Shown here: positions 55,305-64,000 of the stretch, one piece after another | Position numbering within the stretch: the stretch's first letter is position 1 | Layout of the letters: each line of letters opens with the position of its first letter | Assembly (NCBI GenBank): GCA_000002435.2 | Contig: CM018792.1 | Length of the DNA: 64,000 nucleotides | Strand: one strand, 5' to 3' | Source of the DNA: Giardia intestinalis | Taxonomy: Eukaryota | Translations under genes and position numbers: made by a program | Notes under the pieces: generated by a model | Databases searched by the model: none | Told to the model about the DNA's origin: nothing | The model's input: only the letters and a program-made list of their open reading frames with translations

Positions 55305-57353
55305 ATGGGCAACCTTACTCTCGATGACTGGTTCGATGCAGTTACCAATGCAGATATCTTCAAGATCAATGTCATGTTTGGTAAGTACGCTTGTAGCCGT
55401 GACGCTAATGGAGACACTGCACTTCTGCGGGCTGTCCGGGCAGGAAATGAGACGCTTGTGAAACTATTGTTAGCAAAGGAGGGTGAGATGGTCGATAAGA
55501 ACGGCTTTGGCGCTTTACTTTTGGCTGCGCAGCTGGACCGCGCCCGCATAGCGATTCTTTTAGCGAAAGTAATACCTGACCAGACAACACCGGATGGGAT
55601 GAATGCGTTAATGGTTGCTGCAGCCAATTCATCCATGAACACTGCTCAGGCCATTCTGCCGCATTTCGCCAACGTAGCAGATGACAATGGTTTGTTTGCC
55701 GTGAACCACGCAGTATCATCCGGCTCTCTGGAGATGGTTAAGCTTATCTGCAAGCGGTTTCCCCCAGCAGGTGATGCTCTACACAGAGCACTTAATCTTG
55801 CACGTACAGCGGCATACATTGAAATTACACACTACTTAGAAGGATTTGTACAATCAAGTACAGCCTCGTCTATCGGCCCCAGTGTTTGCTTGTCATCTAG
55901 CAATGTCTCAATGCCATTTGGGACCGTTATCAACGGGGTATATGATGCAAGTCAACCCAGTGTAATTAATGATATGAGAGACCAGTTGAATCACATGAAC
56001 GTCAGCATTTCCAGACTTGCCGAGCCGAACTCTGTCTCAGAAAGCTCTCTACTATCCACTCTTCTTCTCTCGACTGGTGGTGCACCCGTGGATGCGTGGG
56101 CCTCTCTCAACACTGCTCCACAGTTTCTGGATGCACTCACTGGCGCAGCTGTGCTTACCACTGATAATGGGACAGTCATAACAGCGGGGGAGCTCTTAAA
56201 GGAGCTAAATTCACTGCATATGGAGCTCGAAAAAAAGGACCTGGCACTAGCACGACAGGGTATGGAGGTAGAGTCTCTACGAGAGCAGCTTAATCAACTT
56301 GCGACCAAAACGGGGTCCGCTGACCTTTCAGAGTTTTTGTCGCACTTTGACCAGAGACTTTTTCAGGAGTCTGCTGAAGGAACGCTTCCATTGTCAACTG
56401 AACAAGAACTTTTATCGGAACTGAAGCAGCACATTAATAGTCTTGCAGTGTCAGCTGACTCATTGGCCTTGAAGTACGTATCAACTAAGCTTCCGGGTCA
56501 TATGAAGGAAGAATCCAATCAGGAGCTTGATAAAGATATGCACGAGCTCAACCAGCACACAGCAGAAGCCTTAGAGGCCATCGATATGTTGCAGTGTAGT
56601 CCTGGTTCCAGACACGGTAGCTCCCTGCTTGGTATCGATGGAACTTGTCTTAGAGCCTCCGGGCTTACACCTCTCATGCGAGCAGTTATTTCTGGTAAAG
56701 ATCTCGACCCGATAAAAATGCAAGAGTTTGCAGGAAAGGTCACTAGCGACGGAACCACTGCACTCATGCTTGCCGTGCAGTGTGGCAACATAGGCGCTGT
56801 GACAGCGTTAGCTTCCTTAGAAGCAGGCATGGTGCGTGCAGATAAAAAGACTGCTCTGGCGTTAGCTATTCAGAATGACTTCTATGAAGCAATCAAAATA
56901 CTTCTGCCTTTGGAAGGCATAGACATTTCGCAAAACAATGTAATAGCGACTGATAACCAGAAGAATCCACTGACGCTTGCTGCAGAGCAAGGGGACATTA
57001 TAGCAGTCTATTGCTATCGAAGCCTATTCGCTCGTCTGCACGATGAGTATGGTCAGACAGCTCTCATGCATGCAGCCAGTGTCGGAGAAGAGAGGGTAAT
57101 AGATTTGCTTATTGACTATGAGTGCGGAATGCAGACACCAGAGGGCATCACTGCACTGATGTTAGCTGCTCAGCGCGGGCACATCGGCTGTGTCGAAAGG
57201 CTTCTTCCGCATGAGCGTAATTTGCGTGACAATAATGGTAATACTGCTTTACACTACGCCACGAAGTTGGCTCAGTATGACAGGACAGACGCTGAGCTAC
57301 ACAGTTCCTTAGTGAGTCTCCTGAGCGAGAATACTGATTCCACCGTAAATTAG
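55305..57353 (+). CDS. Ankyrin-repeat / coiled-coil protein (Giardia 21.1-type)
   Basis: First ATG at 55305 (track start is TTG). N-terminal ANK repeats (GDTALLRAVRAGNETLVKLLL..), a central coiled coil, and C-terminal ANK repeats (GTTALMLAVQCGN.., QTALMHAASVG.., ITALMLAAQRGH..). Confidence 0.85.
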   Translation: MGNLTLDDWFDAVTNADIFKINVMFGKYACSRDANGDTALLRAVRAGNETLVKLLLAKEGEMVDKNGFGALLLAAQLDRARIAILLAKVIPDQTTPDGMNALMVAAANSSMNTAQAILPHFANVADDNGLFAVNHAVSSGSLEMVKLICKRFPPAGDALHRALNLARTAAYIEITHYLEGFVQSSTASSIGPSVCLSSSNVSMPFGTVINGVYDASQPSVINDMRDQLNHMNVSISRLAEPNSVSESSLLSTLLLSTGGAPVDAWASLNTAPQFLDALTGAAVLTTDNGTVITAGELLKELNSLHMELEKKDLALARQGMEVESLREQLNQLATKTGSADLSEFLSHFDQRLFQESAEGTLPLSTEQELLSELKQHINSLAVSADSLALKYVSTKLPGHMKEESNQELDKDMHELNQHTAEALEAIDMLQCSPGSRHGSSLLGIDGTCLRASGLTPLMRAVISGKDLDPIKMQEFAGKVTSDGTTALMLAVQCGNIGAVTALASLEAGMVRADKKTALALAIQNDFYEAIKILLPLEGIDISQNNVIATDNQKNPLTLAAEQGDIIAVYCYRSLFARLHDEYGQTALMHAASVGEERVIDLLIDYECGMQTPEGITALMLAAQRGHIGCVERLLPHERNLRDNNGNTALHYATKLAQYDRTDAELHSSLVSLLSENTDSTVN

Positions 57354-57555
57354 CGACATCACTTGCATTTTCACATTCATGTAAACTGTCCTAGGTAGTG
57401 AAGGAAGAAGTTCGCATGGACGGTAGCTAGGACTATGTGCTGAGGGGTCTGACTACTCAGGGTGCTTTTCTGATCCTCTCGTCCATCAACGATGCGGCAG
57501 CCACCCTTCCTACCCTTTGCTTCCCGAGAGAAAATTCAAAAATACAACAATTCGC

Positions 57556-60500
57556 ATGCAGTCATCAAACTACACAGAGCCAAACATAGACAGTTGTGAT
57601 GAGGTCTCTATGGAGGGTGACGATAGCACTACCGAATATGTTTCGTATCGCGACGAAGAGACTTTACAAGAGTCGCGCTTTAGCACAGAGGGATATGAAG
57701 TCAGTCCCAGCCGCCAGCAGCCAGAGAGTTTATTGACATCCTTGTGCCCATATAGTGCAGCTGCGCTCGATATCTCTGGAAGCTGCGCAACCCACTCGGT
57801 AACAAACACATATCTGGACGCGCCCATGACCTCGATTCTCGAAAAACTGCAGCAAGTATCTCATGAATATTCTATACCAGAGCTACCCTTACTACTAGAT
57901 GCATATACTATGCACATTCTCGCAGAAGATAGAAGCTCTGGCTCTTATTCGGAACTCAGAGCTCTGCAGGAGGAAAACGAGGCGCTTAAACGGCAGCTTG
58001 AGGCACCATTCAATTCGCGACATACTGAAGAATTAGCACTTATAGTTGCCTTTAAGCAGGTGATGGAAGAGAAGGATAATGAGATAAGTGCCTTGAAGTT
58101 GAGACTTAGCGAGTTAAGTAGCCAGGCTATTAGCTCAAACGGTTGTGCTCCAAGTGCAGTGAAGGAGGATCCTTCTATTACTTCTGTTAACTATATCTCT
58201 CCGCCGGGTTTACTAGCAGACGAGCAGAGCTCAGCGGTGTTGCTGAGCGCCCTTGAACAACTGGCTTTTGTGCAATCTGATATCATTGGGTGGATGGATT
58301 CCATTCCGCAGCAATTTGCAGACACAGTAGCTGACCCTCTTAAGTCAAGCGTTGAGGCATTGCTCCATAGTTTGAATCTGTCATGTGAAGGCACCAATTC
58401 CATGATGGGTCTAATCGCCCTTTTGCTCGACACTGTTTCGCAGAAGCCACAAGGCGTAACTATGGAAGAAATAGCGCATGGATTTGAGCAGTATATTAGC
58501 GCGTCCAGAGCCCTGACGCAACATCTTCGGGTGTTCACGAACGTCTCAAATGCATCCTCGCCTATTCCAACGAATGCTGATGTAGAAAGGGAGATGGACG
58601 AGGCCAAGCACCTTAAAAAGATGGCAATTATGGCACTAGTAGAAGCGCAGAATGCTAGGAAGGCCATTGAGGATAAACAAAAGGAGTTGGCCACAAAGGA
58701 AGAAGAGCTCGAGGCTGCCCACGCATCTGCGTCTGCACTGCTCCAGGCCGCACAGTTAAAGCAGCCTTCTGAGATGCCGTTACCAACACCACCACTAGAA
58801 CAGACAGCGGCAAGTGACAGAGAAAATTGCAAGACGCCTACTGAGGATAACTGGGTAGAAAAAGCTGCTGAGGGTTCACTGACTGAATCTGAACAGTATT
58901 CTGGCTACCTCAAAGACATGGATGTCATTCTGGACTTGATACTCTGTATTCGAGATGCACTTTTCTCAGATAATGCTGTGCAGGCCCGGCTATCCGAAGC
59001 TTCTATTGTAGACCAATCTTACTCTAAAGATCCTCTGCAGCAATCTATTGATTCTGCATCAGCCATGCTCCTGTCTATTTTTAAGGCCCTTACTTCCGAT
59101 ATACCTGACCAACGCTCTACGCAAAGCAGCAGTGCCTCTGAGATAGATGAGGAGTGCATGCAGTCACTTGGAAAGAGGCCTACAATGGCGTCCGAAATGA
59201 TCTCAACTATCTCTAAGGTTTCTCAACAAAACCTAGAGGTTGCCGTGCCTTACACATGCGCCGCTAAGCCTGAGACAGTTAGCGAAGAGCTAGACGAGGT
59301 TATTCTATTGAAGAAGGAGCTTCTATCACGTAACGAGGTTATCCAATTAATGATACAAAAGCTTGAACAAAAGGACAGAGATATTAGTCGACTAACGCAG
59401 CAACTAACAGCCTCTGCTGATGGGCTAACACGGAGTCTCAGTGTTGAGCGCTTTGGGGAGCCCATTTCGCTAGAACCCAACAAAAGCACTGATGACTTAA
59501 TCAATGAATTTACTCTTGCCACAGACACGGCCTCTACCAGTTCTACACTAGTGAAACTACGGTTTGATGTGACGGCCAAGCTATCTATGATGGAAAAGCT
59601 GATGAATTCTCAGGGTATAACGGATAAGGGCTCTCTATTTTCACTGGTTAACCACTATCTGAGTCTAATAGAGGCGTCTGATAACCCTCAGTATGCTCTT
59701 CCTATAGATGGTGGGCTAGATAAAGCCACTGAAAAGCAGCCTCTTGACAATTTTGTGTGCTGGACTGAAGTTGAATCTCCAGTGGCTTCTATTCCAACAA
59801 ACTTCAGGGCCGCGCTGGGTCCAGCAAATGAGCATACCATTGATGAAGTAGGATATGCAGCCCTTAACTCCAGAGTTGGGAAGATGCACGAATGGCACAT
59901 TCCTATCCGCTGTGACAAAGGTACAGACCCTGACGGAGACTTTGTCGATGCCGATACACCAATCTCTACAAACCCCACTGTGGACTGGCAAACACATCAG
60001 AAGCAGCTTAGCGATTTGAAAGAACAAATTGCTCTACTCCAAGGAAAGGTTGACTCTGCAAACGAACGGGCCCATCAGGCAGAGCTTAAACTAGAGAGCG
60101 ATTCTCGATTTGTTGACACAGCCACATCTGATCTTATATCTTCCTCCATTGACAATTATAAGAGAGAAATTGAACAGAAAAATGCACGAATACATTACCT
60201 TCAAGCAGCATTGGCTGAATTTACGAGCAAAGAGACTAACAAGACACCCAATCCTGACAGTGGACTACTAGTACAACTAGAAACGATGAAGCAGCTCTTG
60301 GCAACGCAAACAGCGGATTTGAAGAAAGCAAATACAATGTTGGAGATGGAGCAAGAGAAGGCAGCGGACTTATCTGCTAAATTGGTTGCAGCCGAGTTAC
60401 TATCCAGTGAAAAGGAGGACGAATTGGCTAAACACAGATTAAATGAAGATAAATTATTAACGAAGCTTCACGAAAGTGAGGAGCGTGAACTGCTCATTGA

Positions 60501-62385
60501 GAAGCAGACAGCTGAGATAGCTGACCAACGAACAGACCTTTGTGAGCAGACTCGTGAAGTGCAACGTCTGAAGCTTTTGCTATTAGATAGAGACAGTCAA
60601 ATTCAGCGGGTAAGAGATATCAACGAACGACTTGCCGAGAATATTGCTGCTTTAAGAATAGATTTGGAACAGCAGAGACACCTTGGTGGGCCGCAGACGT
60701 CCGAGTCAAGACTCGACTCTTCATACAGGTTGACCTCACAAATCGAAGACTTGAAGCTTGATATTCAGAGGGTTCAAATGGAGCTTACCAGAATGGATAG
60801 AAGCACACAAAACGGTGCCCTGCCTGGGGAGTCTAACGATGATTCTTGGAACAGTGACTTTGTCTCTCGTGAACAGCTGATACAGATGTTAGTTGAGCGT
60901 GATATGAAGATTGCCGCAATATTAGAGGAAAAGGCATCTCAAGAAACACCCAATACCATAGAGCCATCCGACGTGCAGATCAATAAACCAAAAATACGTT
61001 CTCGCCCCCAAAGCTCCAAACGCCCGCTCCAAAACACTCAATTGTCCCAGACCCTGAAGCAGCGGCCTGTATCCTCAAGTTCAACTGCTAATCTATCTCT
61101 AACACAACACGGTAAAAAGGATGCAACAATTAATTCATTAAAGCACCAGCTAATAGCAGCAGAGAAGTCTATTTTTTCTCTAAAGCAGGAGCTGACATCT
61201 GTGAACACCAAGCTTTCACAGGCAAAGGCAGCAGAAATAGCTCTCAAGAAGCTGTTGCATGAAAAGCAGAAGGAAATAGAGGACTTGAAGATTCAGAATA
61301 CAACATTAACTCAAAGGTTGGATAAATGTGACAGGAAAGTAGCTGCTCTGGAAAGCGATAAGTGTGATTTAATGGCGAGGTTAGTCAACGCTACTGACAA
61401 CAGCGATAGCTCACCCCAGGCGCGCCTTCAAAAGCTTCTGAATTCTACGCTCAATAGCAAGGAGGAGCACTTCAGAAGTGAAGGAGGCACGGCGGGGACA
61501 GAAGCGACTGACACTACGCGCCGTGCTAAGATTGGATTCACCCCGCTGATGCACGCGATAACAACGGGCAATCCCGATGAAGTGACGTCTAATCTGGCTT
61601 ATGCCGGATACCATACAACTAACGGAACGACTGCACTAATGTTAGCAGTTGAGTATAATAACGTACAGGCCATTAAGCTATTGTCTCGGATAGAAGCACG
61701 GATGACTCGGGAAGCAGGGGAAACTGCACTTGCAATCGCTCTGGCTAAGGGTAACCTCGCAGCCGCTAAGCTCCTCACGGAAACAGAAGGTTTAAACACA
61801 AGTCACATCAGTCGAACAGGAGGAACAATAACTGAGCTCATGAAGGCGGCGGCAGATAATAATCTCGTCGCAACGTGGTGTTATCTCCCTATTCAGGGAG
61901 GTCTGCATGATCAAGATGGATGTACGGCCCTTATGCATGCTGCAAAAAAGGGAAGCGTAGGAGCTGCACGGTTACTTTGTGATAAGGAGGCAAGAGCACA
62001 GTCAAAACAAGGAGAGACTGCACTGATGTTTGCTGCGATTAACGGGTATACGGAACTGGTTAGAATGCTAAAGGACAGAGAGTGGGGGATGTATAATATT
62101 CACGGAACTACTGCGCTAATGTTCGCGGCACAGTATAATAGGCCACAAATTGTTTCTCTACTCATTGATAAAGAGGCAAGGATGCTAACAAAACGCATTC
62201 ATGAGCACGGCGCCGGGTTCTGTGCCCTAATGGCAGCGAGTCATTACGGAAACATAGAGTGCGCGAAGCTCTTGCTGCCGAAAGAAGCGGATATGAAGCA
62301 GCCAAACGGCAAGACTGCGCTGTCGTATGCCCAAAGTGATGAAATGTGGAACCTGATTAAACATTATAGAAAAGCCCAGATTTGA
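57556..62385 (+). CDS. Long coiled-coil protein with C-terminal ankyrin repeats (21.1-related)
   Basis: First ATG at 57556 (track start is TTG). About 1300 aa of heptad-rich Glu/Leu/Lys/Gln sequence, then ANK repeats (GTTALMLAVEYNN.., CTALMHAAKKGS.., ETALMFAAINGY.., TTALMFAAQYN..). Confidence 0.85.
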   Translation: MQSSNYTEPNIDSCDEVSMEGDDSTTEYVSYRDEETLQESRFSTEGYEVSPSRQQPESLLTSLCPYSAAALDISGSCATHSVTNTYLDAPMTSILEKLQQVSHEYSIPELPLLLDAYTMHILAEDRSSGSYSELRALQEENEALKRQLEAPFNSRHTEELALIVAFKQVMEEKDNEISALKLRLSELSSQAISSNGCAPSAVKEDPSITSVNYISPPGLLADEQSSAVLLSALEQLAFVQSDIIGWMDSIPQQFADTVADPLKSSVEALLHSLNLSCEGTNSMMGLIALLLDTVSQKPQGVTMEEIAHGFEQYISASRALTQHLRVFTNVSNASSPIPTNADVEREMDEAKHLKKMAIMALVEAQNARKAIEDKQKELATKEEELEAAHASASALLQAAQLKQPSEMPLPTPPLEQTAASDRENCKTPTEDNWVEKAAEGSLTESEQYSGYLKDMDVILDLILCIRDALFSDNAVQARLSEASIVDQSYSKDPLQQSIDSASAMLLSIFKALTSDIPDQRSTQSSSASEIDEECMQSLGKRPTMASEMISTISKVSQQNLEVAVPYTCAAKPETVSEELDEVILLKKELLSRNEVIQLMIQKLEQKDRDISRLTQQLTASADGLTRSLSVERFGEPISLEPNKSTDDLINEFTLATDTASTSSTLVKLRFDVTAKLSMMEKLMNSQGITDKGSLFSLVNHYLSLIEASDNPQYALPIDGGLDKATEKQPLDNFVCWTEVESPVASIPTNFRAALGPANEHTIDEVGYAALNSRVGKMHEWHIPIRCDKGTDPDGDFVDADTPISTNPTVDWQTHQKQLSDLKEQIALLQGKVDSANERAHQAELKLESDSRFVDTATSDLISSSIDNYKREIEQKNARIHYLQAALAEFTSKETNKTPNPDSGLLVQLETMKQLLATQTADLKKANTMLEMEQEKAADLSAKLVAAELLSSEKEDELAKHRLNEDKLLTKLHESEERELLIEKQTAEIADQRTDLCEQTREVQRLKLLLLDRDSQIQRVRDINERLAENIAALRIDLEQQRHLGGPQTSESRLDSSYRLTSQIEDLKLDIQRVQMELTRMDRSTQNGALPGESNDDSWNSDFVSREQLIQMLVERDMKIAAILEEKASQETPNTIEPSDVQINKPKIRSRPQSSKRPLQNTQLSQTLKQRPVSSSSTANLSLTQHGKKDATINSLKHQLIAAEKSIFSLKQELTSVNTKLSQAKAAEIALKKLLHEKQKEIEDLKIQNTTLTQRLDKCDRKVAALESDKCDLMARLVNATDNSDSSPQARLQKLLNSTLNSKEEHFRSEGGTAGTEATDTTRRAKIGFTPLMHAITTGNPDEVTSNLAYAGYHTTNGTTALMLAVEYNNVQAIKLLSRIEARMTREAGETALAIALAKGNLAAAKLLTETEGLNTSHISRTGGTITELMKAAADNNLVATWCYLPIQGGLHDQDGCTALMHAAKKGSVGAARLLCDKEARAQSKQGETALMFAAINGYTELVRMLKDREWGMYNIHGTTALMFAAQYNRPQIVSLLIDKEARMLTKRIHEHGAGFCALMAASHYGNIECAKLLLPKEADMKQPNGKTALSYAQSDEMWNLIKHYRKAQI

Positions 62386-62408
62386 AAGCTTGGTCTACAA
62401 TCAATGCT

Positions 62409-63653
62409 TTAGTAGGCTTTATTGATATTGTCAACTAAATCTTTGCTGTAATTGGCCGTTAATTCTGACAGCATTGTAGGGAAAAATTTAATCGATGTAT
62501 TATCAACTTTTAATGCTTCTGTCACGATGCTTGCTCCGTCATGCTCCTTGTTTCTTCGCCTCCATGAGACAAAAGAGTCAAGGCCAGTAACATTCTTTTG
62601 AATGTCACAATTCTTTTCCAGGGGCGCTATGTCCCTCTTTGTAATTACCTCACCCATAGCAAGCTCATCATATACCTGTATTTTATCTACTGAGCCCACT
62701 ATTTGGTGTGTCTCTCCATATGAATCCTTTTTCCGCGGTATTGCACTATTAACTGCAAACTCATGATCAATAAGCGTGCTTGCAGGTTGACGCACAAAGG
62801 ATAATCCAGTGTAAAGACTCTTGCTATTTGGATACTCTTCTAAATCTAGCCCGGCCAAATTGGTCAAAGGAGTGCACGTCGTGGTGGGTGCGTTGTTGAA
62901 CTTGTGTTCAGCGGTAACCACTGACTTGAGTGACCTAATTATTGGCCTTGCAGATCCATGGGCAACATACTTACTAAAAGGTAATAGCCTCTTCGTGGAT
63001 TCCTGAGTCATTTTGCTAGGAAAATATGCATCAGGCGATGTGCACGAGTCATTTTGTGAAGAAGGACTTTCACGTAACTTGGTCAGAAGTCGTGAAAATG
63101 GTGCTTTTCGAGTTTTAGGCCCATTTGGAGAGTCGAAGCCAGTCTCGTCAAGTACTTCTAGGGTCTTTTTTACCTCTTTATCAATAGAATCGTTTATTGC
63201 GGCTGCAGCAGCTGCTAGGGACTTCTTTTCAGCAGTGAGATAATCGCTGGGCGCTAAGCTGCCCTTTAATCTTATTAAAAGCGACGGCTTTAGAGCAGGA
63301 ACAGAAAGAGAAGTATCTGCCGAGGCCGACTGCTCAATGGTGAATTGTGTGGTGTCAGATACTCTTCGCTGTCTAATAGCGTTTTCTAAGCCTTTGGTCG
63401 GAGCCTTATTTTCAATAAAGGGCTTGCAGGGGCCTTTCTGTCGCAGCATAGCTACACTCTTCTTCCACTCTGCTGGCGGTTCTTGCGGGTTTAGCAAACG
63501 AAGGATGTCTGTCGAAAGGTCTGCGGACATCTGGGATATCTCGGATTGTATTGGAGGCGCGCTTGGTGATGCTGCTTTAGGGGATGCAAGAGAGCTTTTC
63601 AGTTTCCTTCCTACCGTTCTAAGAAGCTGTAGTGTCACAGGAGGAGACTCCAT
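62409..63653 (-). CDS. Hypothetical Ser/Pro/Lys-rich protein, 414 aa
   Basis: ATG-initiated long ORF. Low-complexity, probably disordered. No family recognised. Confidence 0.55.
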   Translation of the reverse strand: MESPPVTLQLLRTVGRKLKSSLASPKAASPSAPPIQSEISQMSADLSTDILRLLNPQEPPAEWKKSVAMLRQKGPCKPFIENKAPTKGLENAIRQRRVSDTTQFTIEQSASADTSLSVPALKPSLLIRLKGSLAPSDYLTAEKKSLAAAAAAINDSIDKEVKKTLEVLDETGFDSPNGPKTRKAPFSRLLTKLRESPSSQNDSCTSPDAYFPSKMTQESTKRLLPFSKYVAHGSARPIIRSLKSVVTAEHKFNNAPTTTCTPLTNLAGLDLEEYPNSKSLYTGLSFVRQPASTLIDHEFAVNSAIPRKKDSYGETHQIVGSVDKIQVYDELAMGEVITKRDIAPLEKNCDIQKNVTGLDSFVSWRRRNKEHDGASIVTEALKVDNTSIKFFPTMLSELTANYSKDLVDNINKAY

Positions 63654-63826
63654 AGAGTCTGGAGGAAAGGAAATGCCGCGTGTTTTTTACCAATCTCGCG
63701 GAGAAGGAAGTGGTAGATCAGCAATAGTTATTCACTTTATGCACCACATGATTGACTTCTAATCTTCTTCAAGCGTGCCAAGCAAGAAGAAATAAGCATA
63801 ATGTGCCGCAAAATGCAGGATACAGG

Positions 63827-64000
63827 CTATTCTGGAATTATATCTGTATGGATCATCAGATAACCATTGAGTTCCTGCATAGCACAGGTGAACTGCTCAT
63901 CAACGTTCTGGTTATCTCCTAATGGATCCACCTTTGCTTCTGGGGCAGGAAGAGAATCCGAAGATATCACTTTGGGGGCATCCTCCTTATCGAGTGCGGG
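63827..64000 (-). CDS. C-terminal 57 codons of an unidentified gene entering from beyond the window end
   Basis: Hand translation of the minus strand from 64000: PALDKEDAPKVISSDSLPAPEAKVDPLGDNQNVDEQFTCAMQELNGYLMIHTDIIPE-stop (TAG at 63827-63829). The only evidence is the open frame to the edge. Confidence 0.3.
   Translation of the reverse strand, partial: PALDKEDAPKVISSDSLPAPEAKVDPLGDNQNVDEQFTCAMQELNGYLMIHTDIIPE

Noticed and set aside
1-64000. Prokaryotic-style features (CRISPR arrays, operons, rho-independent terminators, IS elements)
   Set aside because: The gene content and signals are eukaryotic (Giardia-like). I saw no repeat-spacer arrays. A short GCTTCT microsatellite (~53456-53480) simply encodes an EAEAEA run inside a CDS.

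Overview
This is a gene-dense eukaryotic chromosome segment with no detectable introns. It is most consistent with a Giardia-type diplomonad; species or assemblage cannot be determined from the sequence. Supporting evidence: a 238-aa EB1, a NEK kinase, 21.1-type ankyrin/coiled-coil proteins, and a CXXC-rich high-cysteine membrane protein. A-rich tracts lie directly 5' of ATGs, AGTRAAY poly(A) signals sit on or just after stop codons, and intergenic spacers are as short as 6-60 bp. I support 36 CDS calls and one tRNA-Cys(GCA). The CDS include CysRS, DRG, eL32, eL34, RFC1, NDK, PDI, XPB, Snu13, SPX-EXS, an amino-acid transporter, two kinases and several large orphan ORFs. The supplied ORF track uses TTG/GTG starts, so I re-set several starts to the first ATG. 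The standout feature is 741-4914, a 4174-bp block of roughly three-quarters G+C (judged by eye, not computed) in a ~45-50% G+C background. It carries two tandem minus-strand ORFs of 772 and 524 codons that I cannot assign to any family. The block is flanked by a perfect 10-bp direct repeat, GCAGATCAAG. In-silico excision rejoins, in frame, a 105-codon signal-peptide/Cys-rich host ORF. A 103-bp fragment of the element's second ORF (96/103 identical) sits in an intergenic spacer 44 kb away. I read this as an insertion by an undescribed mobile or virus-derived element. All functional calls rest on motifs recalled from memory; no database search was possible.
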